From: a virus
Lineage: Duplodnaviria; Caudoviricetes
Virus record (IMG/VR): IMGVR_UViG_2902759955_000002
Location: 32,001-96,000 of that record
DNA length: 64,000 nucleotides
Direction: 5' to 3' (one strand)
In this document: one piece after another, positions 38,346-50,600 of the stretch
Layout of the letters: each line of letters begins with the position of its first letter
Position numbering within the stretch: the first letter of the stretch is position 1
Made by a program: the position numbers and the translations under genes
Notes under the pieces: generated by a model
What the model saw: the letters and a program-made list of their open reading frames with translations, nothing else
Databases searched by the model: none
What the model was told of the DNA's origin: nothing

Positions 38346-39727
38346 CTTTATGTCCACTCCGTTCGCGACACGGAGCCGGTGTGCTATGACACCCGCCATT
38401 GGCTTTCCCAATGGAGCAGACTATATCTTCCTCCCAGAGGGAGGGTTCCCATTTCCCAGTCGCTTGACCGGTACACCGTGATAAGCGGTTAGTCGTTGAA
38501 CGTTTCTCCCTTTCGGGAGCTTCGCTGCGGATTGCCCAATCCTCACCTTTGTTACCGTACCTGAGTGATTAGTTCAGCCACGACGCCATTACTGCCGTCG
38601 CTTGGTAAGTGAGGCTCTAAGGGGGTCCCCGTCAGTAAGAGAACATTCAGTCACTCATTGCTGAGTAACCGGACCCTGCTTGTTGCTTGAACGATCGTTG
38701 TAATACTTGAACTTTAGTCCGTCTGGGAAAACCGTCTTCCCTTCGCTTTTGAGCCGATAGGTGAGTGCAGTGGGACGTATGCCGAGGGCCTTGGCACAAT
38801 CAATCGCGGACAGGAAGATTTGCTCCTCTCCGGATGACTGATTTGTCACCAGGACCACGCGTTTCCCACTGAAGATCTCGTGCTCGTAATAGGGGTTCTG
38901 CACGTCTCGCCACGGCGTCTTATCCTCACGCCATTTCAATTGATGCATACCACTGACCACGGGTTGATTGGGCGCTGTCAACCACTGTTGTACGGTCGGT
39001 AGAGCCACGTCGAGATAACCCGCAAGCTGAGTAAGGGAGTCAAACCCCCGCACCTCGCCCGTCATGACGTTACGAGCATCCACTGGTCTCGTTCTCCCAT
39101 ACCACGTGAGGAGATCGCCAACTGAGACCGGCCATTCACTACCTGCCGCAGCGAGTCGATACTGCTTTCGTTCGGGGTACACCCGACACGAGTCAGCTTT
39201 GACTCTCCACGCTATCGCATCCTTCGAAATGCCGAGCGATCTGGCGCATTCGATCAGACTTGCGTATTCGTCAACTTGTCCAGAGTCGACATCACGAACC
39301 TGAATGGGTAGACACTTTCGCGTCAGCCCCAGTCTCCCCGCGTGCTCCGCGTTCTCCTGGTACGTTACCCATTCTAGGTTGTCGAGAGAGTCATTCTCCT
39401 TATTCCCGTCGATGTGGTTCACCACTAGATCTTTGACATCCTTCCCAGGATGTTTGAAGACGCAAGCAAGTAAGCGATGGCGACCGATAAGTGCCGTCGT
39501 CCCGGCATCGGAGGTCATCGAAAGGTTGTAGTAACCATTCGCTCCTCGCCAGCCAACGACTTCCTCAAACAGCGGGTGACTAATCACCGACCCAGTCTTA
39601 TCGATCAAGTATTGCGAATATCCCGGTATCTTGAAGAAACCCGAGAGGTGACTAAGTTCTGGCATTACAGTCTCCTATCCTTTACATACGATAGGAGGGT
39701 TAACTTCGTTTCAATACAAAAGCGTTA
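38346..39727 (-). mobile_element. Group I self-splicing intron in the vRNAP beta gene
   Basis: 5' exon ends in U, intron ends in G; Q AATCCGCAGC (38524-38533), R GTTCAACGACTA (38490-38501), S AAGATATAGTC (38419-38429); splicing restores ADRDD-PKRVNF in frame. Confidence 0.93.
38655..39665 (-). CDS. Intron-encoded HNH homing endonuclease (NUMOD4-HNH-NUMOD1-like)
   Basis: IPGYSQY, HRLLA, VNHIDGNKENDSLDNLEWVT...N, repeated S..ECAR.LGI modules. Confidence 0.92.
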   Translation of the reverse strand: MPELSHLSGFFKIPGYSQYLIDKTGSVISHPLFEEVVGWRGANGYYNLSMTSDAGTTALIGRHRLLACVFKHPGKDVKDLVVNHIDGNKENDSLDNLEWVTYQENAEHAGRLGLTRKCLPIQVRDVDSGQVDEYASLIECARSLGISKDAIAWRVKADSCRVYPERKQYRLAAAGSEWPVSVGDLLTWYGRTRPVDARNVMTGEVRGFDSLTQLAGYLDVALPTVQQWLTAPNQPVVSGMHQLKWREDKTPWRDVQNPYYEHEIFSGKRVVLVTNQSSGEEQIFLSAIDCAKALGIRPTALTYRLKSEGKTVFPDGLKFKYYNDRSSNKQGPVTQQ

Positions 39728-42700
39728 ATCATCCCGATCCGCCGCCGGCGAGAGCAGTGCCGAGGTTGAGAGCAAGGCGGTCACCCCGGACGTCTTCAGG
39801 TCGTAGCGGCGCGAGAGACCGCGCAGCGACGTGAACTGGGGATCCGCACTCGTGTAGGTGTTGATCGCCACATCGGACGAGTCGACCGTCGACTCAGAGA
39901 TGGTGCCCATGTCGTTCTCATGGTAGACACGGGTCTGCTTGGTCATACTGCGCGAGCCACGACCGCCGACACCGGAATAGGTGACCGCTTCCATCTCCTT
40001 CAGGTTCTGGATCGGGTTGATATCCGACACCTGAATCTTTGCCGGATCCTGGGTGACGTTCTTCCACACCTGGAACGGGTTCAGATCGATGGGCACGCGC
40101 GATTTGCCCGGCCGACCGTTGTGCACCCGGATAGAGCGCACGATCTCTGAATAGACCGCACCGGACATCCGCTCGTAGCCCTTGATCCGCATCCAGCGCG
40201 AATCGAGTTCATCGGGATGGGTATCCGTCAGGAGCATCTCGCAGGCTTTGAGCAGCAGGCTCTGATAATCGGTCGGCTCCTTCATGTCGATCAAGAGCTC
40301 CCGCGTGATCGGATCCACGAAGAGCTGGTACTGCAGATCCAGTTCCCGCAGATACCGTTGCGAGGCACCGCCCGACTCCAGCACATTCAGATACACGCCG
40401 CGCTTGTTGAACTCATGCAAGTTGTAGGTCCGGATGCTGCGGTGATACTCATTGAAGCCCGCCAGCACGAGGGACGCGTACATCTTGTCTTTCGGCAGCA
40501 CGAGCGTCTCATCGGCGAACACAAGGCTGTACTCGTTGGGCTGCAGGTTCACCCGCTGACCTGCTGGCACGCGCCGGGGCTCGACACCCAGGAACTTCAT
40601 CAGGCGATCCAGTCCCATCTCGTAGGCCAGCACGATCCCCAGGGGAATTGTCCGACCCAGCACCGATACTTCCGCAAAGTCCACCGGCGACTTGCTCGGA
40701 TCGAGCCCCAGCATCTCTTCGATGGAGGGCAGGTCGAGAGGGCGATGACGCTCACCCTTGTCGTACTGATAGAGCGCCCCCTGACGATCCATGATGAGAA
40801 ACGCATTGGGCTTTCGGAGGGACTTCCCGCAGACCACGATCCCGTCGCGCTCGATCATCGCGAGCGTGTCTTTCCCGTAGAGGGCTTCGCGCTTCGTGTG
40901 GTCGAAACTCCAGTCAAAGCCACCCAGCTGGAAACCCCGAAATGCCATGGCCAGCGTGCTATATAGGCGCGGTGCGGTGAAGAGGTTGTCGAACACCGCG
41001 GCGGTTTGCAGGTGCTGGACAATGGGGTTGCTCTTGTCCAGTCCGATGGCCGTGATGTTGTTCACGAGCCAGGTGCCGGAGTCGTTGACGCGTTTGGTCG
41101 AGCGTGAAACGAACACCTTGCCGTAGTAGCTGGTCAGTGCCACGCGGTCCGGGGCGATCTTGCGAATAGGCAAATCCCCCCGCTGCTTCCGTACCCGGTA
41201 CTTCACGCCATTGCTCGTGAAGGTCCCGTCTTCTGACAACACCGGCAAGCGGAACCGGAACGTCGACGAGGCGCCATCTACCGGCGTCACGCGTGCCGTG
41301 TAGACGTTGTAGGTTCCCATGACGTCATCGACTTCCTGCACGTCGTAGTCCGTCACGCAAAGTCCCGCCTGCTGCAGGTTCAGCACCATGCCCGCAATGT
41401 CTTTCTGCATCACGTGCTTGATGTAGTGCGAGTCAAACACATGCAGCGAGGACTTCAACATCGACTTGTCGGTCACCGTCTTGATGTCCGGAATCTCGGG
41501 AGAGGCCGGAATCGCGATTGCCTCTGCCGGGATTTTCACGAAGTCGGCCAGTGTCGACTTGCCGTCAGGGGCCACAATCTTCTTGTACGCTTCCGAGAGC
41601 GCCTGATACCGACGGTGTTCCCCCGCTGTGAGCATGCCTTGCTCAGCGAGGCGGTCACAGATTTTCATGACCGCACCATCCGGGGTGAGCGTACCCGGTG
41701 ACTCGAGGGGCCGCTGCATCGAGGCATCGTCTTCATCCGCATGGCTGATGTTGGCGATGTACTCGAGCTGGTCGAGATCGTGATCCATCTGCTTCTCGAC
41801 TTCCAGATCCGGCTTGATGTCGATGCCGCGCTCGGCCGGCTCGATGGCCTGATGCTGAATAACGTGCGCCACCTTGGCCGCGGCCTGTCGGTTCTGGTCG
41901 AGTTCCTCGTTGATGTCGGCATCCACCTGCTTCGGTGTGACGCCCAGTCCGTTGGGCACTTCGAATGGCTGCGAAACTTGCTTGACCGCGACGCCCGTCA
42001 GGGGATCGATGACGTCGACGACATTGCTCGGCTCATCTGGCGTCAGATCGCTCGGCGCGGATTCCGAGTCGCTTTGTGCCATCACTTCGGGCGCCGCGGT
42101 GGTGCGCGCCTCCATGAGGGACATCAGCATCTTCAGGAAGTAGCGCTGCAGCCGTTGCGGGGCGAGACCATGTTGATTCGCATCGGGGTCCGCTGCCAGT
42201 TCGGCTTCCGTCGCGACACGCCAGTCGTTGACGGTGCCAAGGTTCATGACAAACCAGCGGCCGCTTTCCTCGAACAGAAGATTGATGCGCGACAGACGCT
42301 TGTCGTCGACGTGCGAGAGCATCGACGTCTTCCGGTTCTCCCCCAGCCACTTCCAGATCTCCAGGATCATCAGTGACTCGTGCGAATTGAACCGCTTGAT
42401 GAGGCGCTGGTTCATGCCGCTGGCCGTCCCCAGATTCAGGTCAGCCAGACAGGGCAGGATCCGGGGCAGCGTAATCGGGATGAACTGATGACGGTTCGAT
42501 GTCTGGGCAATCTCACCCGCCACCGACCACATCGTTTCCGCGATGTTGTGCCACTGGCTGTACGCGGTGTAGAGCGAACGCGGATAACGGAACAGCCCCC
42601 AGAGGAAGGCGTAGTTGAACACGGCGAGCGTATTCTCGTCGCGCGTACCGACATCGAAGTTCAAGAGCTTCTTGTAACGACGATTGCGCTGGAACCACTT

Positions 42701-42973
42701 GGACGACAGCAGCTGCGTGGACGTCGGAATCGGACGGGGGTGACCCAGTTGGGCGCGCTGCTCGAAGACATGCTGCACGACGATGGGCTTGGTGACCCCG
42801 CGGAATTCCAGCTGGTTGGAATCGGGACCCTGATCGAGCGGGCTCGTGCCCATGAAGTGAAACAGACTGCGCTTGGGCAGATGCAGCTGCTCCACCAGCG
42901 GCATCGGGGGCGAGATCAGTTGGGACGTGCGCCGGATGCCGTAGTGCTGGTAAAAATATTCGTACAGAAACAT
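39728..42973 (-). CDS. Virion RNA polymerase beta subunit (gp178-like), exon 1
   Basis: R.QRGDLPIRKI, LTSYYGK, RIKGYER, G.GGR..RSM, GTISESTVDS; the ORF stop is the first intron codon. Confidence 0.9.
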
Positions 42974-42978
42974 TGTCG

Positions 42979-44601
42979 TTAGTCCCCAGTCAGGTTGTGC
43001 AGCACCAGCTCGACTGTGGAGACCGCCACACTCGCCAGTGCCCGGCCGTCGGTGCCTACGTAGGCTCGCCGACTACCGAGGAAGTCATCCAGCTCCGCGA
43101 TCGACTCGTCGGTGTAGGTGACGTTGGCCGAAGCCGTATCGCCGTCGAAGTCCGCCCCCATGCGACCCAGGCGTGCGCTGTGCGGCACGAGCGAGTTGAT
43201 GAAGGCGCCTCCCGTGATGGGAAATTCGTAGGCGGTGTAGTCCTCGCCGATCGGTCGCCAGTCCGGCCCCAACTCTTCACGGGCTTCCGCACGGATCGTG
43301 GTCTTCACGTATGCCTTGCTGGGCACGATCGAACCGATCCCGGTGATGGGATAGCGGGTGATGAACAGGGGTAGACCGGTCAGGTGGCGATATGTCGAGG
43401 CGTACAGCAGCTCGCAGAACGTAAGCGGGGTGACGTACTTCTTGTCAAAGCCATCGGGCAATTCATCGAGCCCACTGAAGAGCCGGAAGCTGTGATCGGG
43501 TCCCTTGTAGATGAGTCCCAGATATTTCCCGTCGATCTCGATCGGCTTGTGGCGCATGTCCTCTTCGCCAAAGGCCGTGATGATCTTCTCGACGCCCTCG
43601 GTCGTCATCCAGCGATCGTAGTAATCCGGCTTGAGCATCGTGGGCTCTTGCATCAAGGTCTTTTTGTTCACGAGCCGCGCGGGAGCAGTCGCGCCAAGAA
43701 AGACTCTTTGCAGGAAGCCATTGCGGATCTGATAGGTCGCCACCGGCCGCGCAGCCTTGAGCATCTGATAGAGCCCAATGACCGTGTTGTTGTAGCCGGG
43801 GTTGCCCTTTGCACCCAGATAGGCGGTGGACGTATCCATCGCCGTGATCACGTTCCGTGTGCCGTCAAATACCCGGCGGCTTGCCCACTTGCCGAGCAGC
43901 AACTTCTTCTTGCCCTCGATCATTGATTCGAGCAGGTCATAGAGCTGGCAGAAGGTGTTCTGCAAACTGAATCGCACCGTGTTGATGATCTCGGGGTTTG
44001 CGCGCAGCACGTTCTCGGTGATCGCATTCGACTTTGCGAGCAGCGTGCGATAGATCGTATTGATCTCGTCTTCACGAATCCGGCCATCCGGACCAATTTC
44101 CAGATCGCGCATGCCGGCTGGCATCACAACGATCTTGGAGGTCATCGCCTTGTCCCGGTACTTCTCGATCAGCTTGATGTTCTGCTCGCGCTGATCGCTC
44201 TTCGTCTGGGCAAAGACGAGGTTCTTCCAGTTCGCAACGAAGAAGGCAAAGCCCGTCTGGCCGTTGATCGCATCACTGCGCTCAAAGTCGCGTAGCTCGG
44301 GGTTCCAGACAGCACGTTCCTGACCCGAAATGATCTCGCCGTAGAGGCGCTTGAGACTCACGAGCGCCCGGTACACCACCGGGTGAAAGATCGGCACCTT
44401 GATGTCGATGTAGGAGAAACGCGACGAGCGTTTCTCGTCTCCCACCTTCCCAAAGATGCTCACGGAGAACAACCCATCGTCGTGAAAGGACTGCGAGTTG
44501 CCGTCGAAGAAGTCCAGCGAACGCACAGGGCGCAATCCGGCTAACCTGGCAGGCGTGAGTTCGAGCAGAGAGATGTTGAAGGGAATCGCCGAGCGAATCA
44601 T
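42979..44601 (-). CDS. Virion RNA polymerase beta' subunit (gp180-like)
   Basis: Catalytic ADFDGD, TRYP, GTRNVIT, GLFSVSIFG. Confidence 0.93.
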   Translation of the reverse strand: MIRSAIPFNISLLELTPARLAGLRPVRSLDFFDGNSQSFHDDGLFSVSIFGKVGDEKRSSRFSYIDIKVPIFHPVVYRALVSLKRLYGEIISGQERAVWNPELRDFERSDAINGQTGFAFFVANWKNLVFAQTKSDQREQNIKLIEKYRDKAMTSKIVVMPAGMRDLEIGPDGRIREDEINTIYRTLLAKSNAITENVLRANPEIINTVRFSLQNTFCQLYDLLESMIEGKKKLLLGKWASRRVFDGTRNVITAMDTSTAYLGAKGNPGYNNTVIGLYQMLKAARPVATYQIRNGFLQRVFLGATAPARLVNKKTLMQEPTMLKPDYYDRWMTTEGVEKIITAFGEEDMRHKPIEIDGKYLGLIYKGPDHSFRLFSGLDELPDGFDKKYVTPLTFCELLYASTYRHLTGLPLFITRYPITGIGSIVPSKAYVKTTIRAEAREELGPDWRPIGEDYTAYEFPITGGAFINSLVPHSARLGRMGADFDGDTASANVTYTDESIAELDDFLGSRRAYVGTDGRALASVAVSTVELVLHNLTGD

Positions 44602-44679
44602 GGCTTGTCTGCCTAAAAACAAAAATCTATGAGGAGCCGTGATCTGGACACGGCCTGCGCTTTAAATGGAGCCGTCGCA

Positions 44680-47600
44680 ATGGCTAAGAAGAAACGCTTG
44701 AAATCAACAGACGAGTTTGGGTTTGATACCGAACTGGATCTGCCGGACTTCGACTATCAGTCGAAGCCACCCAAGAACGATCGCCATCCGGCCGTCTCGG
44801 CTGCAAAGGACTTCACCAAGGGGACAGTCACGGGCATCTGGGATGCCACGCGCAGCGAGAGCTTTATCAAGAAGACGATCAAGGGGGCGCTTCCATCGGG
44901 CTATGGCAGCGCGATGGAGCTGGCGGACGAGGCGACTGCCTCAATCCGAAGCCTATACAATTCCGGCGCCAACGAGATCAAGCCCGCCCTCAACGAGATG
45001 AAGCGGGCGACGGCGAAACTCCTGCCGTCAGCGAGCAAAATCCTGCCCGCGAAGATGCAGCAGCGGATCAAGGCATGGACCGAGACGGCGAATTCTGGCT
45101 CCACCGGGATCTCCGAAGAAGCCATGCGCCATGCCTCGACGCAAGCCATGCTGGGTGATGTCTTCGCCTACCAGGCGCAGACGGCGGCGCAGGAGCGCGC
45201 TGAGGACAAGGCTGAAGCCGACATCCAGAAAAACATCGACCACAATCGGGCCAATACACAGATCACGCAGCTGAGTGCTATGCGCATCGCACTCCAGCGA
45301 CTGGCTGATTACCAGGACAAGGTCACGGTCAACTTCCAGCGCAAGACGCTCGAGCTGCAGTACCGCCAGTACTTTGTTGCGATGGACGCGCTAAGCGAAG
45401 CCAAGCGGCAGAACGCCCAGACCACGCAACTGCTTCAATCGATCCAGAAGAACACCGGCCTGCCAGACCTGCTCAAGATCAAGGCCCGTGAAGATTGGCC
45501 GATCATCCTGCGCAACAAGTTCATGGGTAATGTGGGGGGCATGGTCCTTAGCCAGCGTTCGCAGTTCATGCGCAACCTGACCGGACACCTGCAGCGCCAG
45601 ATGAAATCCAGTCTGTCGGGCATCGTGGGCGGTGCCCAGATGGCGATGGGTATGGGCGACATGGTCGGTGGCATGGCGGACATGGGGGGTCCGTCCGGTG
45701 CCGAGATGGGGGGCAACATGGTCGGCGGGATGGTCGCTGATGGATTGGCCCCGCGCTTTGGCAAATGGATCGGCAAGCACGTCAAGAACAGCAAGTACGC
45801 GGGCGACGTCAATCGCATCGGGAACCTGTTGCAGTTCTACGCGGGCAATGCACCCCAGCACGCGATGGAGTTCGCCCACTCCGATAAGTGGGATGACGCT
45901 CCGGTCGTTGGTGGCATGTTGCGTTGGCTGAAAGATCAGGCCATTGCGTCGAACGGTGTGCAGACCGGCTTTCACGTCGACAATCTGCGCAACCTGCAGG
46001 ACCCGGCGCCATTTAACGGCTTGGCGCGCAAGTCCCTGACGGAAATCATCCCTGGCTACCTGGCCCGGATCTACCGTGAATTGCAGATCATGCGCACGGG
46101 AGACAGCTCGGTCGAGCTCACGCATTACGACCATGCGAAGAACACCTTCGGCAAGAAGTCGGAGGTCACCGCGCGGGCGCTGCATTCGGTCGTGCGCCCG
46201 GGTGATGCGGCGTTTGTGCAGGAACGTGCCCACGGGCTCGTGGATGAGCTGGAGAAAGGTAGCAAGCGCAAGCTCACAGCTGAGCAGCGCAAGGTGCTCA
46301 TTCGTCGGATGATGTCCGACAACCTGAACAACCGGGTAGGTTCAGCCAAGCGCTATTCCGACATCTGGGAATACCAGGGTGCGGACGCCGAGCACGGTGA
46401 TGCGTTGTCGGGTTTGTTCCGGGATTACTTCTCGGACGATACGGACAACAAGAAGCAGATGGCTTTCCAGGCGCGCTTTGCGCATCTGGGCAGCGGCATG
46501 GCGGATTCACGCGCCCACATGCAGGACATGCTCAATAGCGGGCAGGGGCAGATTCTCGTGAAGGCGGGGCTCATCCGACCAAACGGCACGCTCGATCTGC
46601 AGAAGCTCCAGGACTATTACCTCGGTGAGAGTTTTGCACCGCAGGGCAAAGTCGCCTCCGGCCGTCGCCGCCGGCGCGGGCGAAGCGGTCATCCGTTCGG
46701 CAATTTCGCCAGACCCAATCCAAGTGCGTCAGGTGTTGCGGCCGCCGCAACACCTGCACCCCAGCCCGCTGCGCCTGCAGCCGCTGCTGCATCACCTCAC
46801 GCGAATGCTTCGTCCGCGGAACTGACGCAGATGGCGCAGGACAACGTGATGAAGAAGCATGGTCCTGTCTATGAAAAAGACGTGGGCCGCTGGTTGCGAC
46901 TGGTGGAAGGTGAGTTTCATCGCCTGAACACGGGTGCGGTGGGCGAGGACCTTCATGGTTCCGCTGCACACGACGTCAATCACTTCCTTGGCAACAAGTG
47001 GGGACGCTCGATTGACGGTGGGCCGAATCAGGCACAGGGACGCGGGGACTTTGCAGGTGTGATCGCCGCGATCAAACAAAGCAGCAGTAAAACTATTTCG
47101 GAGAAGATCCATGCAACGCTCGTTGCGATTCAAAAGAAGATTACGTCTGGTGTGGCTGTGTCTGGTCACGCTCCTGCCGGCGACGGCGTACCACCCCCGG
47201 ACGCTAAGAGCGGCAAAGCTCGAAAGGCATGGCTAGATTACAACCTCGGTGACATCTTCGGGGGTGTAACCGGGAAGGTGCGATCGGGCGTCGCGGGGGC
47301 ATGGGACTGGATGAAGAAGCCCTCGCCGCTGATGCAGCGCGCGCGCGGAATGATCGGTAACGGTCTTGGCGCACTGGGCACCGGGGGCAAGAAAGCGCTG
47401 GAGTTCGCGAAGGGCTTTGACGATATCTACGTTGGCAAGAATCCTGAACCCGTCTTGCTCGCGTGGAAGTTGAAAGCGGGCCATTACCGGGACAAGGCGA
47501 CGGGTCAGGTCATCAAGTCCTACAAGGACATCAAGGGCGATGTGGTCGATGCCTGGGATCCTGAGAAGGTCATCCTGAAGGCAGACGAGATTGGCGATGC

Positions 47601-50600
47601 CTTCACCAAGAGCAAGGCGGGTCTGCGCTCGCTGAAGGCGTTGGGTTCTGTCTGGAGGGGCGCGAAGGGACTGCTCGATGCGGCCACGGGCGGGATCACC
47701 TCCCTCGTGCCTCGCATCATCCGTACGGGTGCTCGTGCCATCCGCGCTGGCATGAACATCATGGATGCCCCGCAGGACATCTACGTGAAGGGCAATCCGG
47801 ATCCGGTGCTCCTCGCGATCATGATGCGCTCGGGTGCCTACGTCTCCCAGCGGACCGGCCACAAGATCACCCGGCCGGGTCTCATTGATGGTCCGGTGAT
47901 GGATGTCAGCGATCCCGGCAAGCCTGTTGTCGCACTCTCGAAAGAGATGATCGGCAAGGGACTGGTCGACGTCAACGGCAAGCCCATCCGTTCCCCGTTG
48001 ATGAAGCTCCTCAGTGCGGCCACCGTTCCGATCGGGATGGCGTGGAAGGCATTGAAGGGCGGGCTCAACATCGCGAAGGGGGCGATCTCCAAGCCATTCG
48101 AACTCATCGGTAACTGGGTATCGAAGTGGATCGGAAAGGACGGGCTGGTCTTTGCAGGTTCGAAGACCATGACCGAGCGCCTGACCGAGATCCGTGACCT
48201 GTTGAAATCCCGTCTGCCTGAGCGCAAGCAACGGTTGAAAGGCGACGAGACAGGTGATGGCTTTGTCACCAACTCCTGGGAGGAAATGCAGCACAAGGGA
48301 GAGATCGGTGGTACGGAGCCGAAGGCGGCTGCTGCTGCGAAGAAAGGCGGCGGAATTGCTGCACTCCTCGCGAAGCTGAAAGGCGGAGGGACGGACAAGA
48401 CGAAGGGGAGCGGCAATCTGCTCACCCGCGGCATGGATGCAGCAGAAGGTGCAGTGGGAAGTTTCCTCGGCACCAAGGTCGGTAAAGCGGGTCGCGCTGC
48501 GTGGGGTGGCTTGAAGCGCTTCGGCGGTCGTCTGCTGGGCCGCGGTGCATCGGCCGTTGGTGAAACCGGCATTGAGGCCGCGGCTGGGGAGGCCGCAGGG
48601 GCGGGCGCCACGCTCGCAGAAGGCGCAGGGGCTGTAGCGGGTATCGGGGAAGCCGCCGCTGTCGGCGGGGGTGTCCTCGCGGCAGGTGCCGGTGGCCTTG
48701 CTGCCCTGATTGCTTCGCCCGTTGTGCTGGGTGCGGCAGCCGTCGGTCTCGTCGGGTACGGGCTCTACCGGAGCGTGAAGGGAATCAAGAACTTCTTCGC
48801 AGGCAAACCGGGTCCGCTCGCAACAGTGCGGATGGCGCAGTACGGTTTCCTGCCGGATGACAATGATTCGCTCGACGTGTTGGTGGATCTGGAAAAGACC
48901 CTGCTGCCTGCGGTGACCTACGGCAAGGATGGTGCGCAGATCAACGCGCAGAAGGTCAAGCTGGCTGATGTGCTCAAGGGCTTCGATATCGACCAGTCAT
49001 CGAAGACCGAAGTGCAGAACTGGCTCACCTGGTTCCAGGGTCGCTTCAAGCCCGTGTTCCTCACGCACATGACGGCTTTGCATGGCGTCAATTCGGGTGT
49101 GGCGCTCACCGATGTCGACAAGAAACTGACGAAGGAGGAAAAGCAGAAATACCTGAAGGCAGCGAGTTGGCCGAACGGTCCGTATAACAACCGGACCTCG
49201 CCGTTCCATAACTCCCTCCTGCTCCTCCACAGCGCGAAAACGCTGAAGGCAACGGGTGCCGATGTCAGGCAGTTTGTGGCAGAAGCGGAAGCCATCATCG
49301 CGAAGGAGCCGGACACGGCGAAGAAGACGGGTCAAACCGGAAGCGATGTGGCGAAGAAGGCGGCGGCGGCCGGTGCTGCTGGTGCGGCAGTAGGCGCGGC
49401 AGTAGGCGCGGCAGCAGACGGCAAGCCCGGTGGGAAGGGTGCAGCCAAGCCGGGTGAGAAGTCCTCGGGCTTCTGGGCCATGCTGGGTATCGGTACGGCT
49501 AACGCAGCGGAACCGAAGACCTCTGCGCAGAATGTCCTCGGCAAGAAGCCGACGGCCACGATGCCGATCGATCCGAGTCTGAAGAAAGAGCCTGACCGGC
49601 TTGATCTGCTGGCCTCGATCCGATATCGCACCTACGGTCTGACATCGCTGGACGCGGACAAGGTCGCGGCCCTTAAAGCGCTGGAAGTGGAAACGCTCAA
49701 GGCGCTGAAGATTGAGAAGGGCGCACCGTCACACGTCGCCTTCCTCAGTGACTCCGCCACGATCCTGGCGAAGATGGGCAGCAAGTTCGGCGTGATTGGC
49801 GTGAACAACACGTTGGGGTATCAGTGGCAGGCGTGGTTCAACCTGCGCTTCCTGCCGACGTATATGAACTACGTCGGTGCGAGCAACACGCTCACGGGCC
49901 ATAACGACGCAGTGAGTATGTTGCTGACGCCTGAGACCGCTGTCCAGTTGGGTCGCATCGTTGCAGGGACAAAGAGTCCGAATGGGAAATCGGCGTGGGA
50001 GATCACCGCCTCGCCGTGGAACCACTACGACCTGAGTACGGATGCCACGAGTGTGAAGCCTGCACTCGATGCGCTCGCTGCCAAGGGCAAGAAGAAGGTA
50101 CTGGCTGATCCGGCCGGACCTGCGAAACCCAAGGATAGCGCGACCCCGTCGAAGACGGATCAACCGAGCTTCCTGTCGAAGGCGGGCAAGGTGATCTCGG
50201 ATGCGGCGGGCGCTGTGGGCAACGCCGTCAAGAAGGCGGCGACCTGGGCGGGTAACGAGGTCAAGACGGGCGTGAATTACGTCCAGAACACGCAGACCTA
50301 CAAGGCGGCCAGTAAAGCCGTCAAGCAGGGCGTCCAAGCCGTTCAGAAGACGCAGGCGTACAAGACAGCTGCCAAGGCCGTCAAGACCGGTGTGGCGGCT
50401 GCTAAGAGCGCGGGCAAGTGGGTGGAGAAAACCTACTCGGCCAGCGCTCAGGCAGTGAAGAACGCGCTCCTCAAGGCGATGGCGGCGGCCGGCATCAAGA
50501 CCCCGCAGGAGCAGGCGATGCTCATGGCGCAGATGGATCACGAAAGTGGCGGCTTCAAGTCACTGACTGAAAATCTGCACTACAGCGCCGCCAACCTGGT

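Noticed and set aside
38346-38411. N-terminus MGKPMAG... of ORF 37227..38411 as a separate gene start
   Set aside because: This is intron 3' sequence; the coding frame begins at 38345 after splicing
49375-49415. Short tandem repeat GGCGCGGCAGTA
   Set aside because: Coding low-complexity repeat (GAAV)n in the tape measure protein; not CRISPR or an iteron
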